Positions 8,413 through 17,989 of a stretch of 64,000 bases of DNA are shown here, piece by piece; the first letter of the stretch is position 1; every line of letters starts with the position of its first letter. This DNA is from a virus. The DNA lies in the IMG/VR virus record IMGVR_UViG_3300011115_000717, positions 1-64,000 of that record, one strand, 5' to 3'. The notes beneath the pieces are model-generated. The model was given only the letters and a program-made list of their open reading frames with translations, did no database searches and was not told where the DNA came from. Position numbers and translations under genes: made by a program.

Positions 8413-9317
8413 CATATTTTACAAATTTTCCTAAAATTAAATCTACTATAAACAATAAATCTATAGGTATGATTGATATTTCTTTTGGTCTAGACTATGA
8501 CCCAGAAGAATTTTCTTTTTCTACTACTTCAATGGGTACATTCAAAACTGTTGGTAATTTATCAGCTAGTATTTATGCAAAAAATGCCAATAATTTTTGG
8601 GGTTTAATGTTTGCAAATGAACAAATAAACCCATGGACTTTTTTACAAGAAACTCCTTCAGAGTTTATTAATTCAAATAAAGATTATACAGCTTTTTATT
8701 GCAAATATAATGGAACAAAATTAGACCCGAATGCTTATGTCCAATTACAACCAGATGATATCATTGTAAATGGTGTATATGAGTCTGGAACTACCGCAGC
8801 ACAAAGTATGTTTACAAATTATGATACATATTTTGATAATTATGGCACTAATATAGTTGTAAAAGGATTTGGGGATACAAAAAAAGCTCAAATATCTAAA
8901 ACCATTGGATCGACTGCCTCTTATGATTTAACGAATGTAGATAATCAATCGGGGGCAGTTTATCTTGTTATTTTACGTAAAGGTTCTACCGGATATTATA
9001 TTGCAAATTCGCCTCCTGGTTTCGGTTATGGTACTATAATAAACCTAAAATCATATTCATATCTTGCATCATCAGCTTTCTTTTCTAAGAAAGATATAGC
9101 AAGCATAGTATCACCAGTATCATTAATTGAGGTGAATGATTCTATACAAACAGTAGTAAATGGTGATGCACCATCTGCACTTGCAGAAGAAGTATTGACA
9201 GAACAATATACTCAAATTTCTACAGAACAATCATATGCCAACACATATCAGGCTACTTCTACTGTAAAATATTTAAATAACAGTGATCTTGGTACTATTC
9301 TTAAAAAGTTAATTTAA
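8409..9317 (+). CDS. gp53: baseplate wedge protein gp53-like
   Basis: MTYFTNFPKI N-terminus and LysM-like LSASIY...FWGLMFANEQINP. Confidence 0.75.
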   Translation: MTYFTNFPKIKSTINNKSIGMIDISFGLDYDPEEFSFSTTSMGTFKTVGNLSASIYAKNANNFWGLMFANEQINPWTFLQETPSEFINSNKDYTAFYCKYNGTKLDPNAYVQLQPDDIIVNGVYESGTTAAQSMFTNYDTYFDNYGTNIVVKGFGDTKKAQISKTIGSTASYDLTNVDNQSGAVYLVILRKGSTGYYIANSPPGFGYGTIINLKSYSYLASSAFFSKKDIASIVSPVSLIEVNDSIQTVVNGDAPSALAEEVLTEQYTQISTEQSYANTYQATSTVKYLNNSDLGTILKKLI

Positions 9318-9320
9318 ATT

Positions 9321-11777
9321 ATGCAAAATCCTATTTCGACACCATTACAATCGATTATTTTAAAATCACGTTTATCCACAGGTGATTCTGATTTTGATAT
9401 TGAATTGATGAAAAATAATAAATTTTGTCAATTTGAACGTATGGAGTTAGAAGAAAGTATTAACAATATTTTTCCTACGGGTGCTCTTATTGTTAGAGAT
9501 ACTAGTGATATAGTGACTTACATTGCTACAAAGGAAATTAAATCAATTATTGTTTCTATAGGTGATCCTGATGATAGTAGCTCTGAAAAATATGAATGGA
9601 CTATTACATCAATAACGTATGCCAATAATGCTATCTCTGAAATAGATCAAAGTTTTGTAGTTATCTATTTTACAAATAAACTATTCCAAGAATCTCAAGG
9701 AAAATCATTTTATGACGAGATTACTTATGAAACAAATTCTAATGGCGAAGTAACTGCAAATCCACGTTCTTTGTGGTATATATCATATCCATTTGTAACG
9801 ACACCCGAACATATTATCAAAACATATGGATACAGATCAGTTTTTTCAAAACCATTATTTAATCTGAGAGATTCTGAAGGTAACGATATAATATTAAAGG
9901 GTTGTGGTATAAACAATAATATTAAAAATAACTTTGAACCTAAAAATGCTGTTTTGTTTAGACCCAAAGTGGCAGATGCAAATAGAGAAGAACAATACCA
10001 AACGAATATAATTTCATATTTAAATTATATTTTTACATATGCGGTTAGTGCTCCTACTGAAAGTAATCAGTTAAAACCTTATTATATGTTTTGGACTGAT
10101 TTTACAAATTGTTTAAATTATAAATTTTTTGATCTTCGCAGTGATTTAGCTACTGACAAATATAAATTTGATCTCGATCCTACTGATCCATATCATATCC
10201 AACCATATGGTGTGTATGATTCACCTGATGTTCAACGTCTTTTAAAAGATGTTGATGGTGAAGAGATTGAATGTAAAAAAATATATGTACTAGTAACAAA
10301 TCCAGCTACCAGTATTATTAATAAAAATTATTATTATATTCGAAGCACACCAATATACATGGAAATACCAGAATATGGTCTTTCTGGATCAACTACTGAT
10401 CCTGTTAATTTGATGAGCCCATATTTAAGCGACTCTGCAAATACACATTTAACCACAGTCACCAACTATACAGAAAATGTTTCTGGTGGCGTGACCTATA
10501 GTATGAGAACTATGGCTCTAGAAGATGCCAATTTAACATATCTACCAGATCGAGGATTTAATGGGTATGCATCCGATTTTACTCAAAGCAATACAAAAAT
10601 TAACACAACTGATGCTGTTGCGTCATACGAATTTTTATTAAATCATATTCAGGCTACTCCTCTTGGTTTACGTGATTCATATCAACAACCAAATCCACAG
10701 ACACCGTTATATCCATTTAACGATAATCCCTACATGTGGCAATATATGTACGATCTAACTCGAACACATCCAAATTTAGTTAGAGTTGAAGATGGTGATG
10801 TTGTATCTGTGAAAGAAGTTGATTTTTATAAAGACTTGTCAGATTTATTATATACCGATGGTGGAGATATATTTTCTCAAACTGTAATTACTGCATTATT
10901 AGAATCTGTTACTTTAAATAAAGTTTTGCGTGCCAAATATAAAGCAATGGGTGATAAAAATAATTATGATAATTATCGCCGAAAGCAATTAGAACAAACT
11001 GAAAAAGAAAATTTTGTTGCCAATGTCTTATGTTGTATTGGTGAAGATCTCGCAGCAAAAGAAGATTGGTTCTTTGCTAAAATTACAGGATTTATTCCAG
11101 ATAATAGAAAATTACGTGATGGTATTGGGATTGAAGGAAACGATATAAAACTTGGTGCTGTTGCTGATGCTTGGTTATATTCGTGGAAAAAATTAGAACC
11201 TGGACCTCTTTTTGTTGGTTTGACTGCAGGCGTAACTGCTGATATTGAAAGATTTGCATCATATCATAGTATGATGCATGGATGGACAACCAGCCCATGT
11301 ATAGGTTCAACTGGTATGCCAGATCCATATTTTATTAATACAACTTATGATGCCAACGGTATACCCGCCATGAAACATGGTGGTTCGTTTACTGGTATGG
11401 CATCGTGGGCAATAAATCTTAACGAACGGCTAAACGGACAAAATGATAATATGCATACCAGTCCCAGCGCACCTGGAGAAAAGGGTACCGATACTAAAAA
11501 CTACAGAGGACCAGGATATTTTAAAGATAATATCACTACCAATGGTCAATTTGCGTATAAACCAATTGGATTTACTGGAAGTCTTTTTAACCATAGTAAT
11601 GCTTTACCAAATGGTCCTGGTTACGATAAATGGGAATCAGCTTCACATATTGTAAAAATGTACAAAATTAGAGTGAATAAATTAAGAGAGATGGGTTGCA
11701 TACCTCCTGCACCAAATCTAGATAATGAATATATGTATTACTTTATTGCGGAAAACGCAGTTGACGGAATCTGCTAA
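9321..11777 (+). CDS. large baseplate hub-like protein (gp27-like N-terminal part with expansions)
   Basis: N-terminal LEESINNIFPTGALIVRD resembles the start of T4-like hub proteins; position after gp53. Confidence 0.5.
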   Translation: MQNPISTPLQSIILKSRLSTGDSDFDIELMKNNKFCQFERMELEESINNIFPTGALIVRDTSDIVTYIATKEIKSIIVSIGDPDDSSSEKYEWTITSITYANNAISEIDQSFVVIYFTNKLFQESQGKSFYDEITYETNSNGEVTANPRSLWYISYPFVTTPEHIIKTYGYRSVFSKPLFNLRDSEGNDIILKGCGINNNIKNNFEPKNAVLFRPKVADANREEQYQTNIISYLNYIFTYAVSAPTESNQLKPYYMFWTDFTNCLNYKFFDLRSDLATDKYKFDLDPTDPYHIQPYGVYDSPDVQRLLKDVDGEEIECKKIYVLVTNPATSIINKNYYYIRSTPIYMEIPEYGLSGSTTDPVNLMSPYLSDSANTHLTTVTNYTENVSGGVTYSMRTMALEDANLTYLPDRGFNGYASDFTQSNTKINTTDAVASYEFLLNHIQATPLGLRDSYQQPNPQTPLYPFNDNPYMWQYMYDLTRTHPNLVRVEDGDVVSVKEVDFYKDLSDLLYTDGGDIFSQTVITALLESVTLNKVLRAKYKAMGDKNNYDNYRRKQLEQTEKENFVANVLCCIGEDLAAKEDWFFAKITGFIPDNRKLRDGIGIEGNDIKLGAVADAWLYSWKKLEPGPLFVGLTAGVTADIERFASYHSMMHGWTTSPCIGSTGMPDPYFINTTYDANGIPAMKHGGSFTGMASWAINLNERLNGQNDNMHTSPSAPGEKGTDTKNYRGPGYFKDNITTNGQFAYKPIGFTGSLFNHSNALPNGPGYDKWESASHIVKMYKIRVNKLREMGCIPPAPNLDNEYMYYFIAENAVDGIC

Positions 11778-12583
11778 TGGCTAAAAAAATAACAATCCTC
11801 GGAACAAATATATTAAAAATTCAAACAGGTAATGCTGTTGCTAATAGGGATGTATATACTTGTGCAAATCCAAAAATTACCACCGGTCAAGTAGAAGCAC
11901 CATATACTTTAGAAGAATGCTATGATCTTTTTCCAGAAATTAAAAAGATTGCTCTTGCTTTAGGTGTTGGAAATACTTATAGTTTGGAGGCTAGTTTTGG
12001 TTTAAGTGGTTCTACCAGTGGAATTTGTATATGTGGTTTATCTGGTGCATCAGGTTTGGGTATAGCAGGTGGTTCTGGTGGATTTACTTTAATCTTTGGG
12101 GAACCAGATCCAGAATGTGTAAACATTTATAATATATTGGGTAAGGATTGGGCTGGATGTTTTTGGCCTGACCCAATGGCAACCTTTAGTTGTAACTGTC
12201 CATTATACGGTGATATGTATGAAAACTTCTTAAAGTATCGCTTAGGATCTGCAACTTTTTGGGATACACCAATCAATGTACCTATTGAACGTCAAGACTT
12301 TATAGAATCAATCAAAGAATTGATTGAAATCACAATTGCTGGTGATTTGAGTCAACGCCCGGGCGATATTGTATATTTAAAAATGGATGATCCTACGGGG
12401 TTGGCTACTCTTAGTGATGATAATCCATCACAACACGTAAAAACTGGGTACTATTATATTATGCGTGCTAAAAATGTAATAAAAAATGATGGTGGACATA
12501 CTACAATTTTATCTTTGAGTACTATGACAAATTCTAGGTTCTATAAACCATATGCAGAAGACAAACCATATGAGTCAATTTAA
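11777..12583 (+). CDS. hub-like C-terminal module protein
   Basis: IEITIAGDLSQRPGDIVYL...TGYYYI...HTTILSL matches the C-terminal signature of gp27/GpD-like hubs. Confidence 0.5.
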   Translation: MAKKITILGTNILKIQTGNAVANRDVYTCANPKITTGQVEAPYTLEECYDLFPEIKKIALALGVGNTYSLEASFGLSGSTSGICICGLSGASGLGIAGGSGGFTLIFGEPDPECVNIYNILGKDWAGCFWPDPMATFSCNCPLYGDMYENFLKYRLGSATFWDTPINVPIERQDFIESIKELIEITIAGDLSQRPGDIVYLKMDDPTGLATLSDDNPSQHVKTGYYYIMRAKNVIKNDGGHTTILSLSTMTNSRFYKPYAEDKPYESI

Positions 12584-12597
12584 GTATAGAAATTACC

Positions 12598-12604
12598 CTA
12601 AATA
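12598..12604 (+). promoter_or_regulatory. late promoter (CTAAATA)
   Basis: Intergenic, 9 nt before the gp25 ATG. Confidence 0.6.
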
Positions 12605-12613
12605 AATGGGTAC

Positions 12614-12997
12614 ATGGAAAAAATAGATTTTGATATTCTTTTAGCTACAATACCTTCTACAAATGACAGGCAAGATGTATCTTTGGTTGAAGGTAGCTAT
12701 ACTATAGCACAACAAATAAAAAATATTGTATTATTAAATAAATCAGAAAATAGTTTTAATCAGGGTTTAGGAACAGATATTCAAAATTTGTTAAGTGGAA
12801 ATCTTGTAGATGTATATCTTGCTGTTGATCAAATCAATACAGCAATAATATATTCAATTCAAAATATATACAATGTTAGAACTAGAATAACTAATAATTT
12901 GGGTATCTTGGATATTAGAGTTAGGTATGATTATCGTACCAAAACATCATCTACCCCAAACCAAGAAGTAACAATAAGAATGGATACAAATATATGA
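12614..12997 (+). CDS. gp25: baseplate wedge gp25-like
   Basis: IAQQIKNIVLLNKSENSFNQGLGTDIQNLL; size and position before gp6. Confidence 0.8.
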   Translation: MEKIDFDILLATIPSTNDRQDVSLVEGSYTIAQQIKNIVLLNKSENSFNQGLGTDIQNLLSGNLVDVYLAVDQINTAIIYSIQNIYNVRTRITNNLGILDIRVRYDYRTKTSSTPNQEVTIRMDTNI

Positions 12998-14082
12998 ATT
13001 ATGATTATAGTACACTAAATGTAGGCAAACTTGATTATGATTCTATCAAATCAAGTTTAGTAACATTTTTACAAAAATATCCACAATTTGCAAATTATGA
13101 TTTTGCAAACCAAGCATCAGCCATCAATATGTTCTTGGATATTTTGTCTACAAATACTGCATATAATGGTTATTATTTGCATTCTGTATTAACAAATTCT
13201 TTTCCAACAACAGCTTCAACAAAGCGCACGTTACTTTTAAACGCTGGTTTACATGGTGCGTTTATTTCTGATAGTGTTTCTTCTCGGTGTACGGCAACAA
13301 TACAAAATAAAGAAACTACTGCTATTCCAGCATATAGTGTTTTTAATGGAACACAATCAAATGGATCTCCGTGTTCGTTTTATAATATAACACCTATCCC
13401 AGTGACTGTTGATGATAATACAACGGAGGTTTTGTTAGTTGCGGGAAAGACAATAACCGAATTTAGTAATTATGACCAGACAAAACAGGTAATTTCTATT
13501 CCTCTATCATATGATCCATCTACTGTTTCTTTTGGTTCTTATGCTACTGATGGTAGCGAAGTTTCATGGAGCAGAGTAGATAAATTTTCAAATAATTCTG
13601 GAACTAAAATATTTACTGTTTTAAACGGTCCTAGTGTTTATTATGTTACTAATAATATTTCTGGAGCAGAACTTATTGCAGGTGCAGCAGTTTGTCGAGC
13701 CCTAGAGTCTTCGGGAACTGTAACTGATTCTGCAGTAATTTCAAATGCAAAAAATTATCCTAATGTGACTATAGTAACTCACACAGTTCCAACTGGTGGA
13801 AGAGATGGAACAACCAAAGATTATATTCGAACATATACTCAGTATGCTGTAAATACAAGAGATAGAATTGTAACAGAATATGATTATAAAGATGCAATCT
13901 ATTCGTTTTTGATTGGTAAAGGTATGACAATAGCATATACCGACATTGTTATTAGTAGCCCAGATGTGGGTCAGATTAAATTTTATGTTCCCAATTTGTC
14001 AGTGGACTTACAAAGTGAATTACTTTTAGATTATCTTGCCGTTAGAAAAATTGCTGGTATCATGCTATCATACGGACCATAA
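12994..14082 (+). CDS. gp6: baseplate wedge gp6 (short, 362 aa)
   Basis: LDYDSIKSSL..FL...FANYDF...LDILSTNTAYN and TGG...RDRIVTEYDY. Confidence 0.85.
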   Translation: MNYDYSTLNVGKLDYDSIKSSLVTFLQKYPQFANYDFANQASAINMFLDILSTNTAYNGYYLHSVLTNSFPTTASTKRTLLLNAGLHGAFISDSVSSRCTATIQNKETTAIPAYSVFNGTQSNGSPCSFYNITPIPVTVDDNTTEVLLVAGKTITEFSNYDQTKQVISIPLSYDPSTVSFGSYATDGSEVSWSRVDKFSNNSGTKIFTVLNGPSVYYVTNNISGAELIAGAAVCRALESSGTVTDSAVISNAKNYPNVTIVTHTVPTGGRDGTTKDYIRTYTQYAVNTRDRIVTEYDYKDAIYSFLIGKGMTIAYTDIVISSPDVGQIKFYVPNLSVDLQSELLLDYLAVRKIAGIMLSYGP

Positions 14083-14083
14083 T

Positions 14084-14686
14084 ATGACATTATTTTATAG
14101 TTTTACAAAAGACTCAGTTCAAACTGGTATTGAAAGAATTGTCAATACTACTTTTAAATTGCTGCGTGAACAGCGTATTTCAGAAAAAGAATGGGATGGT
14201 GATAAGATCCATATTAAGAACCAATTTCCATCCTGGGTACAAAAACAATATGATTCTGATCCAACTACAGCCCCGGTAATTGATTTTTTTACATATTATT
14301 ATAGATGGCTTTTTGATTATTCAGACGGCTATGGAATGGGCTTTTATCTTGAGGATTTAAGAGATATTCATTATGTACCAGATGCATTTTTGCAAGCATA
14401 TGCAGATTTGGTGTTCTCTGGTAATTTAAATTTTGTAGAGTATCCAGGACTTTTTAATAATTTTAGAAGATTTTATATGACATATGATGTCTATACCAGA
14501 ATACGTGGTACACAAGAAGGTATGGCGTATATTTTAAAAAGTTTATTTGGTGTAACAACTGTTAGTATTGTTGTAACATCTGGTGGTAGATACACAATTA
14601 CATCAGATTTGGATTCTTCTTATCAAACACTCTTTAAAACTTTAGCGTGTCCTTTTTCTTTTCAAATAACTTTTGAACCTGCCTAA
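14084..14686 (+). CDS. baseplate wedge initiator gp7-like (short)
   Basis: NQFPSWV...IDFFTYYYRWL...RGTQEG..YILKSLFG; ATG 14084 preferred over TTG 14036. Confidence 0.65.
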   Translation: MTLFYSFTKDSVQTGIERIVNTTFKLLREQRISEKEWDGDKIHIKNQFPSWVQKQYDSDPTTAPVIDFFTYYYRWLFDYSDGYGMGFYLEDLRDIHYVPDAFLQAYADLVFSGNLNFVEYPGLFNNFRRFYMTYDVYTRIRGTQEGMAYILKSLFGVTTVSIVVTSGGRYTITSDLDSSYQTLFKTLACPFSFQITFEPA

Positions 14687-15153
14687 TGAATTTTTTAAAT
14701 AAATGTATTGCTTTGGCTATGTCTTTGGCTTCCCGTGGGTTTACAAACAAAAAAGCTTTTGTTTGGGAAAAACAATTACGTGTATTGTCGTGCTTTGGTA
14801 ATGAATCAATTTTACCTTGCCCAAATTTAATTAAAAGTGAAAACCACGGAGGTCATTACTGTGGTGCATGTGGGTGTGGTGATACTCCATATACTCAATT
14901 ATTAGTAAATGGTAAAGCTTATTCTAAATTGGATTATCCGTATCTTTCATGTCCAATGAAGATGCCAGGGTTTTCAAATTATGAACCAGCAAACCCTAAA
15001 GAAATTGAAGAAAACAATAGAAAAACTCAAATTGAAATTTATGATATTATGGAACTGGATAAAATTATTGTGTCAAATCCAGACCCATCTGATGTAGAAT
15101 ATCAAGTTTTTGAGAAAATGGCTAAAATTAAAAGTTCTCAAGAGCCTAAATAA
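14686..15153 (+). CDS. Cys-rich putative metal-binding protein
   Basis: R..SC...CP...YCGACGC...K......SCP. Confidence 0.65.
   Translation: MNFLNKCIALAMSLASRGFTNKKAFVWEKQLRVLSCFGNESILPCPNLIKSENHGGHYCGACGCGDTPYTQLLVNGKAYSKLDYPYLSCPMKMPGFSNYEPANPKEIEENNRKTQIEIYDIMELDKIIVSNPDPSDVEYQVFEKMAKIKSSQEPK
15146..15152 (+). promoter_or_regulatory. late promoter (CTAAATA)
   Basis: 9 nt before the gp13 ATG. Confidence 0.55.
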
Positions 15154-15161
15154 TTTTTGTA

Positions 15162-15962
15162 ATGGATCCAACAAACAAAGAAGAATTTATTGGTTTTTGT
15201 AAACGAGCTTTAGGCGAACCAGTTGTCACGGTCAATATTGGGGCAACTCAAGCTGATGATCGTTTGGATGACTGTTTAAGCTATCTAATGGAAAAGCATT
15301 TTGACTTTGTTCATAGAGCTCTGTTTGCTTATAAAATTACCGCAACCGATTTATCACGCCAGTATATCAATACTGATAATATGGGTGCTGCACTTGGCTC
15401 TAGTGGTGGATGGCCTAGCGCAGACCATATTTTAACTATCAGTAAAGTTTATCCTATTACTTCTACTGTTGGTGATTACATTTTTGATCTACGTTATCAG
15501 CTATCCATGCAGGATTTCTTTGGTATCTTCTTTAACCAAGGACAAGCATCGTATGGTGCATTATCCAATTACGAGATGGCAAGAAGTTATATTAAAACTA
15601 TTGAAATGGATTTTTCATATCCAGTTGCATATACATTCTCAAAAGCTACATCAAGACTCTTTTTAGATACAGGAACAGATAGACTCAAAGTAGGAAGTTA
15701 TTTGATGTTTGAAGCTTATGTTGCAATTGATGTAGACTTATATCCAAAAATATGGAAAGACCGTATTTTTAAACGATACTATACGGCTACATTGAAAAAA
15801 CAATGGGCACAGAATCTTATGAAGTTTTCTGGTGTTCCGTTGCCCGGTGGTGCACAAATGAATGCACCTGCTCTTATGGCTGATGCATTACGAGAAATCG
15901 AAGAGATTGAAGATAAGATAACCAAGATGTACGAGCCACCACCCGATATGCAGATAGGTTAA
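15162..15962 (+). CDS. gp13: neck protein gp13
   Basis: CKRALGEPVVTVN...HFD...FDLRYQL...Y.TA.LKKQWAQNLMKFSGVPLPGG. Confidence 0.93.
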   Translation: MDPTNKEEFIGFCKRALGEPVVTVNIGATQADDRLDDCLSYLMEKHFDFVHRALFAYKITATDLSRQYINTDNMGAALGSSGGWPSADHILTISKVYPITSTVGDYIFDLRYQLSMQDFFGIFFNQGQASYGALSNYEMARSYIKTIEMDFSYPVAYTFSKATSRLFLDTGTDRLKVGSYLMFEAYVAIDVDLYPKIWKDRIFKRYYTATLKKQWAQNLMKFSGVPLPGGAQMNAPALMADALREIEEIEDKITKMYEPPPDMQIG

Positions 15963-15966
15963 AACT

Positions 15967-16881
15967 ATGACAATCAACCCATATATTCAAGACGATACTG
16001 GACAACAAGATTTGATGGAATCTATCACCATCGAAATTATTCAAGGTACCGGAAGAGATGTGGTATATGTTCCACGTCAATATGCAAATATTGATAAAAT
16101 CTTTGGTGAAGATATGGGTACGTCATTTTCTACATCTTATACGATTGAAGCATACGTTAAAACCAATACTGGGTTTAAAGGTACCGACATCATTAATCAG
16201 TTTGGTATTGAAGTTAAAGATCAACTTACTTTGGTGATTGCAAAGAAAAGATTCAGGGATATAGTAAGTGCAGCAGAACCTGCAATCATTCGTCCACGTG
16301 AAGGCGATTTAATTTATTTTCCTTTATCCAAAAGTATATTTGAAATCAACTTTGTAGAACATGAAAACCCCTTCTACGCATTAGGCAAACTTTATAGTTA
16401 TGAATTGACATGCGAAATGTTCAGTTATAGTATGGAAAAAATTACCACTGGAAATACTGCTATTAATGAGATTTATGACAATGCCTTTAGAACCTTCTAT
16501 AACCTATATGTGTACAATCTTGTAGGTGCTACTTCTTTCTATCCAGGACAATACGTGCAACAAAGTGGTATTTCTGGTAGTTCTGGTGGATTTGGTCAAA
16601 TTGAATCTTGGGGTGGTGAAACTTATAGTCCCGTCCTTATCAATATTATCAGCGGAAGCTTCAGCACGGCTTCTACCTTTAGAGCCCTCGGAGATACGGC
16701 TGGAGTCTACCAAGGGCTCACAGCGTCTATTAGCTCCATTATTCCTGATACTAATAGATACATGTCCTACGGACCAAACAAGACTCTCAAAGGAAATAAT
16801 GAGGATTTTGAACAAGAAAGATTTGCAGATAATGTGGTCCCATTTGATAACACGGATCCATTCTCGGAAGGTAATTATTAA
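15967..16881 (+). CDS. gp14: neck protein gp14 with a G-x-T/S-rich insertion
   Basis: E.IQ..G.DV.YVPR...IFGED...FGIEVKD...RPREGDLIYFP...FEINFVEHENPFY.LG. Confidence 0.93.
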   Translation: MTINPYIQDDTGQQDLMESITIEIIQGTGRDVVYVPRQYANIDKIFGEDMGTSFSTSYTIEAYVKTNTGFKGTDIINQFGIEVKDQLTLVIAKKRFRDIVSAAEPAIIRPREGDLIYFPLSKSIFEINFVEHENPFYALGKLYSYELTCEMFSYSMEKITTGNTAINEIYDNAFRTFYNLYVYNLVGATSFYPGQYVQQSGISGSSGGFGQIESWGGETYSPVLINIISGSFSTASTFRALGDTAGVYQGLTASISSIIPDTNRYMSYGPNKTLKGNNEDFEQERFADNVVPFDNTDPFSEGNY

Positions 16882-17537
16882 TGTTTCAATATTACTACGG
16901 CGCATATCTTCGAAAAGTAGTTATTGCTTTTGGTACTCTATTCAATAATATCTATGTTGCCCATCCAGAAAGTGGAGTTGACAAAAATATTCGTGTCCCG
17001 TTAACCTATGCACCAAAAGAAAAGTTTATTCGTCGATTATTAGAAGAATCATCTATTACGGATGATACCAAATTGGGTGTACGTTTACCGCAGATGAGTT
17101 TTGCAGTTAACCAGATTGCCATTGATCCAAGCCGTAGACGTAACAAAATAAATACGGATGTATATGATGTTGTTGCAAATCAAGGCAAACTAATGTTTGT
17201 TGAAGTTCCTATTAACATAACATTTAATTTGTTTATGTATACACGACATATTACAGATACTTTACAGATATCTGAGCAAATTATTCCATATTTTAATCCA
17301 GAATTTAATTTAAAAATTAACTATGGTGCAAATAGAGATGATACTACGGTACCGTTGGTTATCATGAATGGTATCAATTTAAATGAACGATATGATGGGG
17401 ACTTCGGCAGTCGCCGCCTAAATATGTCTAGTATTGGATTAATTGCTAAAGGTTATATGTTTGGTCCAGCCAATGGTAACCAAGCTGTTGATCTTCTTGA
17501 AGATTATAATCTTGATGTGCAAGCTATGTTAGAATAA
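16881..17537 (+). CDS. gp15: tail sheath stabilizer/terminator gp15
   Basis: RKVVIAFGTLFNNI...VPLTYAPKEKF...LPQMSF...QI.EQIIPYFNP. Confidence 0.93.
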   Translation: MFQYYYGAYLRKVVIAFGTLFNNIYVAHPESGVDKNIRVPLTYAPKEKFIRRLLEESSITDDTKLGVRLPQMSFAVNQIAIDPSRRRNKINTDVYDVVANQGKLMFVEVPINITFNLFMYTRHITDTLQISEQIIPYFNPEFNLKINYGANRDDTTVPLVIMNGINLNERYDGDFGSRRLNMSSIGLIAKGYMFGPANGNQAVDLLEDYNLDVQAMLE

Positions 17538-17539
17538 AA

Positions 17540-17989
17540 ATGAAAGATGTAAATAAAAATTTAGAACAGTTTTTTCATATAGACTCCACAAACGAAACTA
17601 TCAAACAAGAAATTGTAAAACCTGGTGCTACTGGACCAGCAAGTGAAGATTACGATTTTGCCAGACAGAATTTAAGAAATCTTATTTCTAGTGGGGCAGT
17701 TAGTTTAGAAGGAATAATGAAAGTTGCTATTGAATCTGATAATCCAAGAGCATATGAAGTTCTTGCTACTATGATTAAAACAATAGCCGATATCAACGTA
17801 AATCTAATGGACGTATCTACAAAATTTGCAGAAACAAATAAAGTTACTGTAAAAAATAATACAAATAATTCAATATTTGTTGGTACAACTAAAGATCTAC
17901 AAGCCTTATTAAAAAAAGAAAAAGATTATGTGGAGGCAGAAATAAATGAGTCAACCCAGAACCGGATATCGGTCAAACCCGAATCTTAA
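17540..17989 (+). CDS. gp16: terminase small subunit gp16
   Basis: DYDFARQNL...ESDNPRAYEV...NNSIFVGTTKDLQ.LLK. Confidence 0.92.
   Translation: MKDVNKNLEQFFHIDSTNETIKQEIVKPGATGPASEDYDFARQNLRNLISSGAVSLEGIMKVAIESDNPRAYEVLATMIKTIADINVNLMDVSTKFAETNKVTVKNNTNNSIFVGTTKDLQALLKKEKDYVEAEINESTQNRISVKPES

Noticed and set aside
11770-11785. Possible programmed frameshift joining the two hub-like ORFs
   Set aside because: Ordinary TAATG stop-start overlap with no slippery heptamer before the stop
17621-17640. GATG motif in terminase small subunit as support for the sequon
   Set aside because: gp16 is not a virion protein; counted as background or a mild counter-example
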